Positions 49,765 to 58,940 of a stretch of 64,000 nucleotides of DNA are shown piece after piece. This DNA is from Bacteriovoracaceae bacterium (lineage in GTDB: Bacteria > Bdellovibrionota > Bacteriovoracia > Bacteriovoracales > Bacteriovoracaceae), in NCBI GenBank assembly GCA_048270185.1, contig JBLWTJ010000003.1, positions 224,001 through 288,000 on the forward strand. The letters run 5' to 3'. The translations under genes and the position numbers were made by a program. Each line of letters starts with the position of its first letter. Within the stretch, counting starts at the first letter, position 1. The notes beneath the pieces are model-generated. The model did not search any database, was not told the DNA's origin, and was given only the letters and a program-made list of their open reading frames with translations.

Positions 49765-50799
49765 ATGGCAAAATATTTTACTGAAAAACTAAATTACTCC
49801 CTTGCAAACGAGGATATCTCTTTTGAGGCAAATCTTTGTAAAAAGTTAAACCCTAAGACAATAGGCTCAATCTGTGGTGCTGGGCCACGTGGCCTATACT
49901 TAGCGACAAATGATTCAAGTCTCGACTTATTTGATGTTTCAGGACTTCAGGTAGAATGGGCAAGAGCTTATGAAAAGGCGATTACAGGACTTGATGAAGT
50001 AAGCTTTTTAAGGGCATATCATGATGATTCTGCAATATTAAAAAGTATTGATGTGAATCATGGGCTAAATCAGATCATTGATGAAAATGAATTAGCTGCT
50101 CTTGCGGGAAGTTGGGAGAAAACATTTATCAAATTTTCCAAAATTGCGTCAAAGATACTAGGGAAGAAGCTAATCAATGCATTCAAGCATTGTAAGACGA
50201 TGGAAGATCAAGACTTAATCTTGAATTCAACATCCTTTAAGATTCGTTGGACTGTCGTTTTATCTATAGTTGGAAATAAGGCCCTAATGAATTCACTTCT
50301 TTATCGTGGTGACTTCATTAAGAAGAATATTCCAGAGAGTTATGTGCGCTTTTATCGAAAACGTTTTGCTCACTTATTCTCACTATCGCTTGTAAAGGAT
50401 AATTTCTTCTTAAGTCTTTGTCTTTTTGGTGAAGTATCTTTAACAAATACACCTCTTCGTTATCGTGATTTTGAAGAACTTAAGAATGCCGTAACAACTT
50501 CAAATATTAAGTATCATATTGGAGATGTTGTTACGAAGCTTAAAGAAGGTAGTCAACAATATGAGTACTTTTCTTACTCCGATGTACCAAGCTACTTTGA
50601 TGACGAATTAGGAAGGAACTTTGTTCAAATGGCCAAACCTTCCATAAAAATTGGCGGAATCATTTGTGTTCGTTACTATCTAAGAATTCATAAACCAGAT
50701 CTTAATGGCTTTGAAGAAGTTACTTCTGAATACGCGGATGAGATTGGAAGAGAGAGAGTTGGTGTCTATGACATCAGATTATATAAGCGAGTAGCCTAG
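49765..50799 (+). CDS. DUF3419/BtaA-like SAM-dependent transferase
   Basis: LNYSLANED, ICGAG..L, GSWE..F, SDVPSY; ATG 49765 preferred over TTG 49726. Confidence 0.7.
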   Translation: MAKYFTEKLNYSLANEDISFEANLCKKLNPKTIGSICGAGPRGLYLATNDSSLDLFDVSGLQVEWARAYEKAITGLDEVSFLRAYHDDSAILKSIDVNHGLNQIIDENELAALAGSWEKTFIKFSKIASKILGKKLINAFKHCKTMEDQDLILNSTSFKIRWTVVLSIVGNKALMNSLLYRGDFIKKNIPESYVRFYRKRFAHLFSLSLVKDNFFLSLCLFGEVSLTNTPLRYRDFEELKNAVTTSNIKYHIGDVVTKLKEGSQQYEYFSYSDVPSYFDDELGRNFVQMAKPSIKIGGIICVRYYLRIHKPDLNGFEEVTSEYADEIGRERVGVYDIRLYKRVA

Positions 50800-50800
50800 G

Positions 50801-53461
50801 CTACTCGACTTTTATAATTCCTTTATCACAATCCATTTCAATCATTTGACCATTCTCTAATACTTTCGTGATATTTGGAACACCAACAATTGTTGGGATC
50901 TTTAATTCTCGGGCGATGACGGCCGAGTGAGAAAGAGTAGAACCTTTTTCTACGAGAAGCCCTTTTATTGAAGGAAATAGCGGTGCCCAACCTGGATCAG
51001 TTCTTACCGTACAAAGAATTTTGTCATTAACATCAATACCTTCGTCTGGTTTAAAGAGAAGGGCAACTTCACCTTTAATATGACCAGGGTAGCAACCAAT
51101 ACCTTTAAGTGCACCATCTGGGTCAAACTCAGTATTGCCATCATATTCAAAGCTATTGGCCACGTGAACGAAACCATGAGTTGTAAAGTGGTGTCCAGGC
51201 TCATTCATTTCATATGACTGATACTCTTCTTTTCTTAACTCAATTAAAGCCTTAAGATTTCTTTGAACAATACGCCCATCTTTAAACTCTTCAAGTTCAT
51301 TTAAAGTTAAGTAATAAATATCTTCTGGAGCATTAATTATCTCAAAAGCAGCAAGTTGTTTTCCCATTTCACTATAGATCTGTCTTGAGATACCAAATGA
51401 CTTTGTTCTTAGAAGGCGAGTGTTTTCACGGTATCGAATGGCCTTTCTAAGTTTTGACAGATCTTTATAAAATTTAGAACGACTAAAAATTGAAAGCCTT
51501 TCTTTAACGATAGGAGCTATCTTGGCCTCTTCAGAATCTCGAAGTTCCATTTCATTGGCGATAAATCCTTCGTAATTTAAATCTTCTTTTTGAACGTAAT
51601 TCTTTAAGATATTTATGAGAAAGCTAGGATCTTCTCTAAGAGATAAACTCTCAAGCTTAAGCTCTCCAATGGTACGATCACCATAGTTTTCAATATATTC
51701 AAGACACATATTATAGACTCGAATATTATTGATATAGAGATAATCTAGAACTTTATGATTTTCCATATTAAGAAATGTCTTAATACTTTCAGCATCCCAC
51801 TTCTTTATTTGATCACTAATTTTTAAGAGTTCTTTTGTCGGTTGAGTACTGGCAATATCGTGTTCACCTGATAGTAGATTTCCAAGAGTGATATCAGGGT
51901 TTTCAACCTTTAGCTTATCCATCCAGCGATACATCTTCCCATTCATCATCATAACGTAGAAGTCATTGATGAGGGGAGCATGCCACTTATCTGTAATTTT
52001 CTTATCTAGTTCTTCCGTTAACTCAAAAAGCTCTGTTAGGCTTAGACGATTAAGTTTTGAATAGTCGATGGTATGATAGACTTTATAGAAATCGGTCATG
52101 AAATTTTCAACAACTTTATCGATTTTTGAGAAATACCACAGAAGACTTCCAAAACATCGAATCATATTTGGGAGCATGGCCAGTTTTTCTCTAAAGCTTA
52201 GTTGCTTGTCTTCGATAAAGTCGACTGGGTCAGTAATCCCCATCATTTTTTCCATATCTTCTTTTGATTGATTAAAAGAAGGAAGAAGCAGAAGTCCCTT
52301 ATACCAAGATTGAATATTATAAAATACACGGCCTTCAATTAGGGCAATCATATTTTTATGGCGTTTCTCATGTTTCTTTAGCTCTTCTTCACTCAGTCCT
52401 GAAAGTCCAAGTAGTTGGTGATAGACTTTGTAGTACATCTTTGAAGCGTATGAAAATGTAAGAGGTGTCGTGACGCCATTAAAAGACTCTTGAATATTTG
52501 AGTTATCAAAAACATTCTCAAATTTCGATCTCTTATCTTTAGGAAGGGAAGTGATATCTCTTGTTTGCACAATATAGATTTCTCCCTCTCTAATACAGAA
52601 CTCAATATCTTGTGGCTTCTTCTTTATTGTTAGGATATTTAAAGCAAGCTCTCTTAGTTCTCTAATTTCAGAGTCCGTTAAAACATGAGATAATTTCTGT
52701 GATTCTTCAATATTCACTTTCTTTGTCGTTTTTAAGTCGTAGTCGGCGATAATTTTGAAGTCTTTTTCTCGAATTTCGTATTTAATTTCCTCATTATCAT
52801 CGATGGTGTACTCATCTGTATTACATTCACCACTAACAACTCCTTCTCCTTGACCAAAGTTAGCTGAAAGAAGCATTTGATCGCGGCGTCCATTAATTGG
52901 GTTTGCTGTGAACATAACACCTGATTTCTCTGGATCAATCATTTCTTGAATAATGACGGCCATCTTTGGTGTTGTTTGGTGAATTCCATTCTTAAAGCGA
53001 TATGTAAGTGCGGTTAAGGAGAAGTTACTCTTAAAGCAATCTTTAATGGCCTTTGCAATCTTATCTTCCCCTTGAACATAGAGAAATGATTCAAGTTGCC
53101 CTGCAAATGAGAAGTGAGCACCATCTTCATCGGCAGCGGAGCTTCGTACAGCATAGTGCATATCTCTTTCTAGATGAGTAGCTACTTTATCGATGATATC
53201 AATTTCACAAAGGTCAATTTGATCATGAATATTTTTTATGAGCTCTTTTAGTCCATCAATGGATTCAAGATTTGTGTACTCTTCAATAAGAGCATTTAAC
53301 CTGTCATTTTTGTCCACTATCGTTTGAAAGTAGTCACTCGTGATACAAAACCAGTCCGGAGTTGAAACCTTACACTTTTCAAGTTTAGCAAGATTATAGG
53401 CCTTGCCCCCAACTTGCGACTTGTGTGCAAGTAATGATTCAAATTTGTTTAAAAGATACAT
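50801..53461 (-). CDS. PEP-utilising ATP-grasp/His-swivel enzyme (RPH/PigC-type domain order)
   Basis: VGGKA, AVRSSAADED..FSFAGQ, SGVMFT, DIEF, QTRDIT; C-terminal TDPGW and LSHSAVIARE. Confidence 0.9.
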   Translation of the reverse strand: MYLLNKFESLLAHKSQVGGKAYNLAKLEKCKVSTPDWFCITSDYFQTIVDKNDRLNALIEEYTNLESIDGLKELIKNIHDQIDLCEIDIIDKVATHLERDMHYAVRSSAADEDGAHFSFAGQLESFLYVQGEDKIAKAIKDCFKSNFSLTALTYRFKNGIHQTTPKMAVIIQEMIDPEKSGVMFTANPINGRRDQMLLSANFGQGEGVVSGECNTDEYTIDDNEEIKYEIREKDFKIIADYDLKTTKKVNIEESQKLSHVLTDSEIRELRELALNILTIKKKPQDIEFCIREGEIYIVQTRDITSLPKDKRSKFENVFDNSNIQESFNGVTTPLTFSYASKMYYKVYHQLLGLSGLSEEELKKHEKRHKNMIALIEGRVFYNIQSWYKGLLLLPSFNQSKEDMEKMMGITDPVDFIEDKQLSFREKLAMLPNMIRCFGSLLWYFSKIDKVVENFMTDFYKVYHTIDYSKLNRLSLTELFELTEELDKKITDKWHAPLINDFYVMMMNGKMYRWMDKLKVENPDITLGNLLSGEHDIASTQPTKELLKISDQIKKWDAESIKTFLNMENHKVLDYLYINNIRVYNMCLEYIENYGDRTIGELKLESLSLREDPSFLINILKNYVQKEDLNYEGFIANEMELRDSEEAKIAPIVKERLSIFSRSKFYKDLSKLRKAIRYRENTRLLRTKSFGISRQIYSEMGKQLAAFEIINAPEDIYYLTLNELEEFKDGRIVQRNLKALIELRKEEYQSYEMNEPGHHFTTHGFVHVANSFEYDGNTEFDPDGALKGIGCYPGHIKGEVALLFKPDEGIDVNDKILCTVRTDPGWAPLFPSIKGLLVEKGSTLSHSAVIARELKIPTIVGVPNITKVLENGQMIEMDCDKGIIKVE

Positions 53462-53504
53462 TTGCTACCTAACATTTTATATTAATTTAATTTAATATTA
53501 TCAC

Positions 53505-55070
53505 ATGAGAAAAATTGAAGATATAAGGAAAACTCTGGGTTATTTGGACAATCAAGAAACACCAATAAATGGTTGCCACTACCTCGATGCTCACTTTAGA
53601 AATCAACTTAATAAGCGCTGTCTTGTTTACGAAGATCAAGATCAAAACTTTGGTGACTTCATGGCCGAGGTCGGTGCCTGGATAAATACTTTAACCGATC
53701 AGGGAATTGGGCGAGGGGATCGAGTGATTATTCTTCTTCCATTAAGGTTAGAGCTCTATCAATTAATGTGTGCCTTGTTCTATATTGGTGCTGTTGTCGT
53801 CTCTGTTGACTCCACAATGCCAAAGGATAAGCTAAAACTTGCAATTGAAGATGCAAAGGCCAGTGCCATCTTCTCTGTTTCGGCCCTTCTAAAATGGACT
53901 CCTCTTTTGCCGTCCCTTTGGAAGTTAAAGCGCTATACATTTGAAGAGTCATGCTTCTTTGCAAAAGACCTAGCTATACTTCGTGCTGATAATACACTTG
54001 ATTTTAAACAAGTTGATATTGGTGAGAATGGCCCGGTTCTTATTTCTTTTACTTCTGGCTCAACTGGAAGGCCAAAAGCCGCCAATCGAAGTCTTGAAAT
54101 CTTTCTTGCACAAAAAATTGTTTCTGAATTTTTCTGGCTTCACAGTGAAGATGAGATTGATATGCCATTTTTTCCAACTCTTGTTTTACAAAATCTTGGT
54201 CTTGGGATTACGACAATCTTCCCTGATTTAGACTTTAGAAAGATTAGAGATTTTGACCCATCAAGAGTTATAAAGCAGATGAATGATTATGGTGTCACTC
54301 GTTTTAGTGCAACCCCTATGATCATTAAAAAACTTGCAAAGTACATTGCTGTAAAAGGGATATCAATTCCTACTCTTCGCTCTGTTATTATTGGTGGTGC
54401 AGAGATCACAACACAGGCCGCTACGACTGTTCTTGCTGCCTTGAAGCTAGCTAACCCAAATGTTGAAGTACATATTATCTACGGTTCAACAGAAGTTGAG
54501 CCTATAAGCTTTACTCCTATTGAGGATTATATTGAAAATCAAAGTATTGGTTTGAAACTGGGAAAAGTTATTGACGTCTTAGATATTAAAATAAATCCAG
54601 TTACTGATATTTTTGATTTCAATGAAGGACTAGAGTGGGGCGAGATCTGTTTAAGTGGCCCTCATGTAATTAAAGAATATATTGATAATCATCCGGCCAA
54701 TAAGACAACTAAGATTAGAGATGAAGATGGACATCTGTGGCATTTAACTGGTGATGTTGGTTATGTAAAGGATGGTCTAGTCTATCTTCTTGGACGTCTA
54801 AAAGACTGTCTTATTATCGATGGGTTAAAGTATCCGACCTTTCACTTTGAAAATGCTTTGGCCAAAATTGAGGGAGTGCAAAGAGCTGCCCTAATTCAAA
54901 AAGATAGTCGAGTAATTTGCTATATCGAGGGGGCGCAGACTTCGAGAGAAGTTGTTAAGAGTTATCTTGATAATTATTTTAGAAATTGTTTTGAAATTAT
55001 TTATCGTGAGATCCCAGTTGACTCAAGACATTTCTCTCGAGTCAACCGTAATGAATTAAGAAGTTATTAA
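53505..55070 (+). CDS. AMP-binding adenylating enzyme (OleC-like)
   Basis: FTSGSTGRPK, YGSTEVEP, WHLTGDVG, GR. Confidence 0.85.
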   Translation: MRKIEDIRKTLGYLDNQETPINGCHYLDAHFRNQLNKRCLVYEDQDQNFGDFMAEVGAWINTLTDQGIGRGDRVIILLPLRLELYQLMCALFYIGAVVVSVDSTMPKDKLKLAIEDAKASAIFSVSALLKWTPLLPSLWKLKRYTFEESCFFAKDLAILRADNTLDFKQVDIGENGPVLISFTSGSTGRPKAANRSLEIFLAQKIVSEFFWLHSEDEIDMPFFPTLVLQNLGLGITTIFPDLDFRKIRDFDPSRVIKQMNDYGVTRFSATPMIIKKLAKYIAVKGISIPTLRSVIIGGAEITTQAATTVLAALKLANPNVEVHIIYGSTEVEPISFTPIEDYIENQSIGLKLGKVIDVLDIKINPVTDIFDFNEGLEWGEICLSGPHVIKEYIDNHPANKTTKIRDEDGHLWHLTGDVGYVKDGLVYLLGRLKDCLIIDGLKYPTFHFENALAKIEGVQRAALIQKDSRVICYIEGAQTSREVVKSYLDNYFRNCFEIIYREIPVDSRHFSRVNRNELRSY

Positions 55071-55864
55071 TTTGTCGGCATGAGACAAAGCTTCTTAATT
55101 TTCTTTGTAAGCTTAGACGGCAGTGTTGATCTAATCATGGCCCAGAAGCTTAGTCTGTGTCCGTAACAAGATTGCCACTCTGGAGTGTACATCATACCCT
55201 CATCTTCTAAGTCTTTTTCGTCTAAATAGTCTTGAAGGTGAAGATCAAGAAGTCTCTCAGAATCAGACTTATGAAGAAGTCTTGATTGATAAAGTGAGTC
55301 TGCGATTTCAAACGGTGTAATAAAGCTTTTTTGACCGCTGTAGAGCTTATTATCAGCATTGAAGTTATAAGCTGCACGAATGAAAATATAGAATTTAATT
55401 CCAGGGTATTCCTCACTTACATCATGATAGAAAGTATGGTCATGTTCTCCATTATCACCAACAAGGATAACTTGATCTGGTTTTTCTCGTTCAATGAGCT
55501 CGCGAAGTTTTTGTGCCTTAAATACTTTTGTTGAAACTTTAATTGGCCTAATGAGTAGATTTTCTTGTTGAGGAAAATCTCCTGCATACAGAAGAGTTGA
55601 ATGAGACCACTTCATGACTTCGGCCGGAGCATTTGTTAGATAGTAAATATCCGCATCAAGTCTGCGCTCAATAATCTTATAAAGATCGGCCATCCCTAGA
55701 AAGATATTTGTCACTCGGTAAGCATTCTTTACTGCAGCGATTTTATTGCGAACATGGGCAACCTTAACCGTATCATCAATATCTGAGACGAGGATGGTCT
55801 TTGCTGCATGGGCGCTAAGGTTTAATGTCAGGAGAATTATCAGTATTATTTTTAAATTTTTCAT
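55067..55864 (-). CDS. App1-like phosphatidate phosphatase (HAD fold), exported
   Basis: Signal peptide (AHA); VSDIDDTVK, LVGDNGEHD. Confidence 0.8.
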   Translation of the reverse strand: MKNLKIILIILLTLNLSAHAAKTILVSDIDDTVKVAHVRNKIAAVKNAYRVTNIFLGMADLYKIIERRLDADIYYLTNAPAEVMKWSHSTLLYAGDFPQQENLLIRPIKVSTKVFKAQKLRELIEREKPDQVILVGDNGEHDHTFYHDVSEEYPGIKFYIFIRAAYNFNADNKLYSGQKSFITPFEIADSLYQSRLLHKSDSERLLDLHLQDYLDEKDLEDEGMMYTPEWQSCYGHRLSFWAMIRSTLPSKLTKKIKKLCLMPTN

Positions 55865-55922
55865 AAAGAAATGTTATGAATGATGTGATGATTGTTCACG
55901 ACTTTGCGCATTAATATGAACA

Positions 55923-56408
55923 TTATACAGAGATTTCGTTAAAATTACTTAGCCAAGTATTGTATTGCTTACAGCCTTTGACCTCATTAATCTTTAAAAG
56001 ATAGAGTCTCTTGTAAGTATTAAAAGTTAGGATATCGCCACGGGCCTTGATGGAGTTAAGTTGATCGATCTCTCTAAAATGTTCGATATTGCGATAGTCA
56101 CACGTTCCAATCGTTTCAGTCTCGATCTTCATTTTTGCCTTAACCTCTAAGTCAAGCTTCTCAAGTAGGGCCAGCTGCTCTGGGCGTAGTTGAGACTTTG
56201 CTTGCTTTAAGGCGTCGATGTATTTTATTGATTCTTTAAGGCTACTTTGGGCCAGTGTTCCTAATCCTCTTGTACTGTAACTAGTGAACTCCTCTAATTT
56301 GGCCTGACTGCGAAATAGGTATTGGTCAAGCTCATGAAGGCGTAGGGCCGCATTTGAATTTAATGCGTAAACGCCAAGTAGAATGAGGAAATAGTATTGC
56401 AATTTCAT
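55923..56408 (-). CDS. Secreted hypothetical protein
   Basis: Signal peptide MKLQYYFLILLGVYALNSNA; helical. Confidence 0.75.
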   Translation of the reverse strand: MKLQYYFLILLGVYALNSNAALRLHELDQYLFRSQAKLEEFTSYSTRGLGTLAQSSLKESIKYIDALKQAKSQLRPEQLALLEKLDLEVKAKMKIETETIGTCDYRNIEHFREIDQLNSIKARGDILTFNTYKRLYLLKINEVKGCKQYNTWLSNFNEISV

Positions 56409-56419
56409 AACAATTTAGA

Positions 56420-56435
56420 TGCAACTAAAGTGCCA
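56420..56435 (-). promoter_or_regulatory. Sigma54 (-24/-12) promoter
   Basis: Exact consensus TGGCAC-TTTAG-TTGCA just upstream of ATG 56408. Confidence 0.75.
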
Positions 56436-56552
56436 AAAAATTGGACCCTCTTCATCGTCTTTTCTAGTATTTATGGTGTATATGAAGTGGACAGTGTCTA
56501 AAAATATCGTTATTTAAGGTACTTACTTTTTAATTCATGTTATAAGGCAATT

Positions 56553-57650
56553 ATGTATTATTTTGACCACGCGGCCTCAACAAAACTCTATCCAGAAGTG
56601 ATTGAGCTGCTTGCACTAAGCTATCATTTAGACTTCCCAAATCCCGCGGCCAAGCACGCAGCAGGAAAGGCCTGTGCGAAGAAAATTGAAGAAGCTAGGT
56701 CACAAATTTTGGCCTGTCTTGAAACTAAGACCGGCAATTATGAAGTTATTTTTACTTCATCAGCAACAGAAGCAAATAATCAAATCATTCGAAGTATTGA
56801 AGAGGGAATTGTTTTTCTAAGTGGAGATCATCCTTCTGTGACGAAGGTTATTGATAATGGGCTAGGTCTTATTACAAAGGGCGAAGTTATTGAGGCCATC
56901 ACTGAGGAAACGAAACTAGCTTGTTTAAGTCTAGTTAATTCTCAATCAGGAGAAATTTCTGATGTGGAAGAAATGGCAAGAGCGATTAAAGATAAGAATC
57001 GCAACTGTTTAGTTCTTGTTGATGCCACTCAAGGTTTTGGCAAAGTTCCCCTTAGCTTAAAGAATTCTGAGATTGATTTTATTTCACTAGGGGCCCATAA
57101 AATGGGTGGACCTCGTGGAATAGGTGGACTGATTTATAAGTCATCAAAGGCCGATAGAATTAAGCGCTACCTTCGCGGTGGTGCACATGAGATGGGGCTT
57201 CGCGCTTCAACTCCTGCTACATCTTTAATTCTAGCTCTTGCAAAAGCAACATCTCTTGCTTTTAAAGATCTTGAAGATAGTTTTAATCAGGCAAATTTAT
57301 TGAAAGAAGAAATTAAAGCTGAGCTTTTAAAAGTTCACCAAGGGATTTCGTTCCCATTTGAAGATCGTAAGACTTCACCATATATTTTGTGTGTTCAATT
57401 TGCAGGTATTGCTAGTGATATCCTTATGAGACACCTTGAGATGAAAGATATTATGATTTCATCTTCAACGGCCTGTTCTTCAAAAATTAAGGGAAAGAAT
57501 CCTTTATTTGTAGGTCTTGGCATTGAAGAAAAATATCATAAGAATATTCTGCGCATCTCACTAGGTAAAACAACGACGAAAGAAGAAGTTGAAGCACTAA
57601 TTAAAGGCTTCAAAGAAGTCGTTCAAGAAATCGGATTTTTAATAAAGTAG
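56553..57650 (+). CDS. Cysteine desulfurase (NifS/IscS type, NifZ-like partner of ThiI)
   Basis: YFDHAAST, FTSSATEANN, DATQ, HKMGGPRG, STACSS, RISLG. Confidence 0.88.
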   Translation: MYYFDHAASTKLYPEVIELLALSYHLDFPNPAAKHAAGKACAKKIEEARSQILACLETKTGNYEVIFTSSATEANNQIIRSIEEGIVFLSGDHPSVTKVIDNGLGLITKGEVIEAITEETKLACLSLVNSQSGEISDVEEMARAIKDKNRNCLVLVDATQGFGKVPLSLKNSEIDFISLGAHKMGGPRGIGGLIYKSSKADRIKRYLRGGAHEMGLRASTPATSLILALAKATSLAFKDLEDSFNQANLLKEEIKAELLKVHQGISFPFEDRKTSPYILCVQFAGIASDILMRHLEMKDIMISSSTACSSKIKGKNPLFVGLGIEEKYHKNILRISLGKTTTKEEVEALIKGFKEVVQEIGFLIK

Positions 57651-57660
57651 GAAGTAGATA

Positions 57661-58848
57661 ATGTATAAGAGTTTAATTTTAACTGTTGATGAACTTTGGC
57701 TTAAAGGAAAGAATCGTAAGACTTACTATAAGAAGTTACAAACAACCCTAAGTCGTCTTTTTAGTGCTTATCATCATACTTCATGGAAGTTAAAAAACAA
57801 CCAACAAAGACTTGTTGCTGAAAGTGAAGAAGCATTTAGTGATGAGTTGATTGAAAGATTAACTTGGGTGGCAGGACTAAGCTCTATTAGTCCTATGAGA
57901 AGCTGTCCTCTTGATCTTGATATTGTGAGTGAACTGGCCACAAAAGAGCTTGCTGCTTTAACAAATGCTAGAACATTTAAAGTACAAACAAAGAGGGCCT
58001 TTAAGCAATTTCCAAAAAATAGTGATGAGATTAATCGCTACATTGCTACTGCTGTCCTTAAAAATACTGAACTTAAGGTCGATGTAAAAAAACCAGATAT
58101 CATGCTTGAAGTAAAAGTTATGAATGAAGAGATCTATCTATCATGGGAGAAAATCCCTTGTATTGGTGGACTTCCTGTTGGAACAAGTGGCCATGGTGTT
58201 ACCCTGCTTTCAGGTGGTATCGATTCTCCTGTTGCAAGTTATTTAATGGCCCGTCGTGGGATGCGCCAAACTTTTGCTTTCTTTTGGGCCTATCCATATG
58301 TTGGAGAAGAGGTAAAAGAGAAAATCTTAGAATTAGGAAAGCTTCTTTCACGTTTTCAAGATGGTTTCAATCTCTATGTTCTTCCATACGGCGATATTCA
58401 AAACTATATTGCAAAACATTGTAAAGAAGACTACAGAACACTTTTCTTTAGAAAGTATATGATGGATACGGCCGCGTATCTTTCTCGAAGAGCTAAGGCC
58501 GGCGCCCTTATTATGGGGGACGCTCTTGCCCAAGTTTCAAGTCAAACACTTCAGAATATGAGCGTACTTGATCGTTCTTGTCCATCTTTGGTTCTAAGGC
58601 CATTAGTTGGAATGAATAAACTTGATATTATTGGTGAAGCAAAGAAAATTAAAACTTTTGAAACTTCGATTATTCCCCACGATGATGCTTGTTCAATGTT
58701 TGCTCCAAAGCATCCTGTCATCAAAGCGGACCCTCAATATTTTAGAGAGTTTTGTGAAGAACACGATATCAAGGATCTGATAAGAGAGTGCGTGGATAAT
58801 GCTGAAGTGTATCGCTATGATATTAAGGGCGTCTACCAACTTAAGTAA
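57661..58848 (+). CDS. thiI: tRNA 4-thiouridine synthase (short form, no rhodanese domain)
   Basis: ELWLKGKNR, THUMP domain, GGLPVG, SGGIDSPVA, QVSSQTL, RPL, DDAC. Confidence 0.93.
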   Translation: MYKSLILTVDELWLKGKNRKTYYKKLQTTLSRLFSAYHHTSWKLKNNQQRLVAESEEAFSDELIERLTWVAGLSSISPMRSCPLDLDIVSELATKELAALTNARTFKVQTKRAFKQFPKNSDEINRYIATAVLKNTELKVDVKKPDIMLEVKVMNEEIYLSWEKIPCIGGLPVGTSGHGVTLLSGGIDSPVASYLMARRGMRQTFAFFWAYPYVGEEVKEKILELGKLLSRFQDGFNLYVLPYGDIQNYIAKHCKEDYRTLFFRKYMMDTAAYLSRRAKAGALIMGDALAQVSSQTLQNMSVLDRSCPSLVLRPLVGMNKLDIIGEAKKIKTFETSIIPHDDACSMFAPKHPVIKADPQYFREFCEEHDIKDLIRECVDNAEVYRYDIKGVYQLK

Positions 58849-58940
58849 ATTCTTCCCGATATATATGTCTTTCATAAATTCTTAAGAAGCTTTAAAATAC
58901 TAGCTAGGAAATACCTAATATTATTAGAATCGGAGCTTCA

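Noticed and set aside
50801..53461. Annotation as ppsA
   Set aside because: His domain is C-terminal and the pyruvate-binding barrel is not evident
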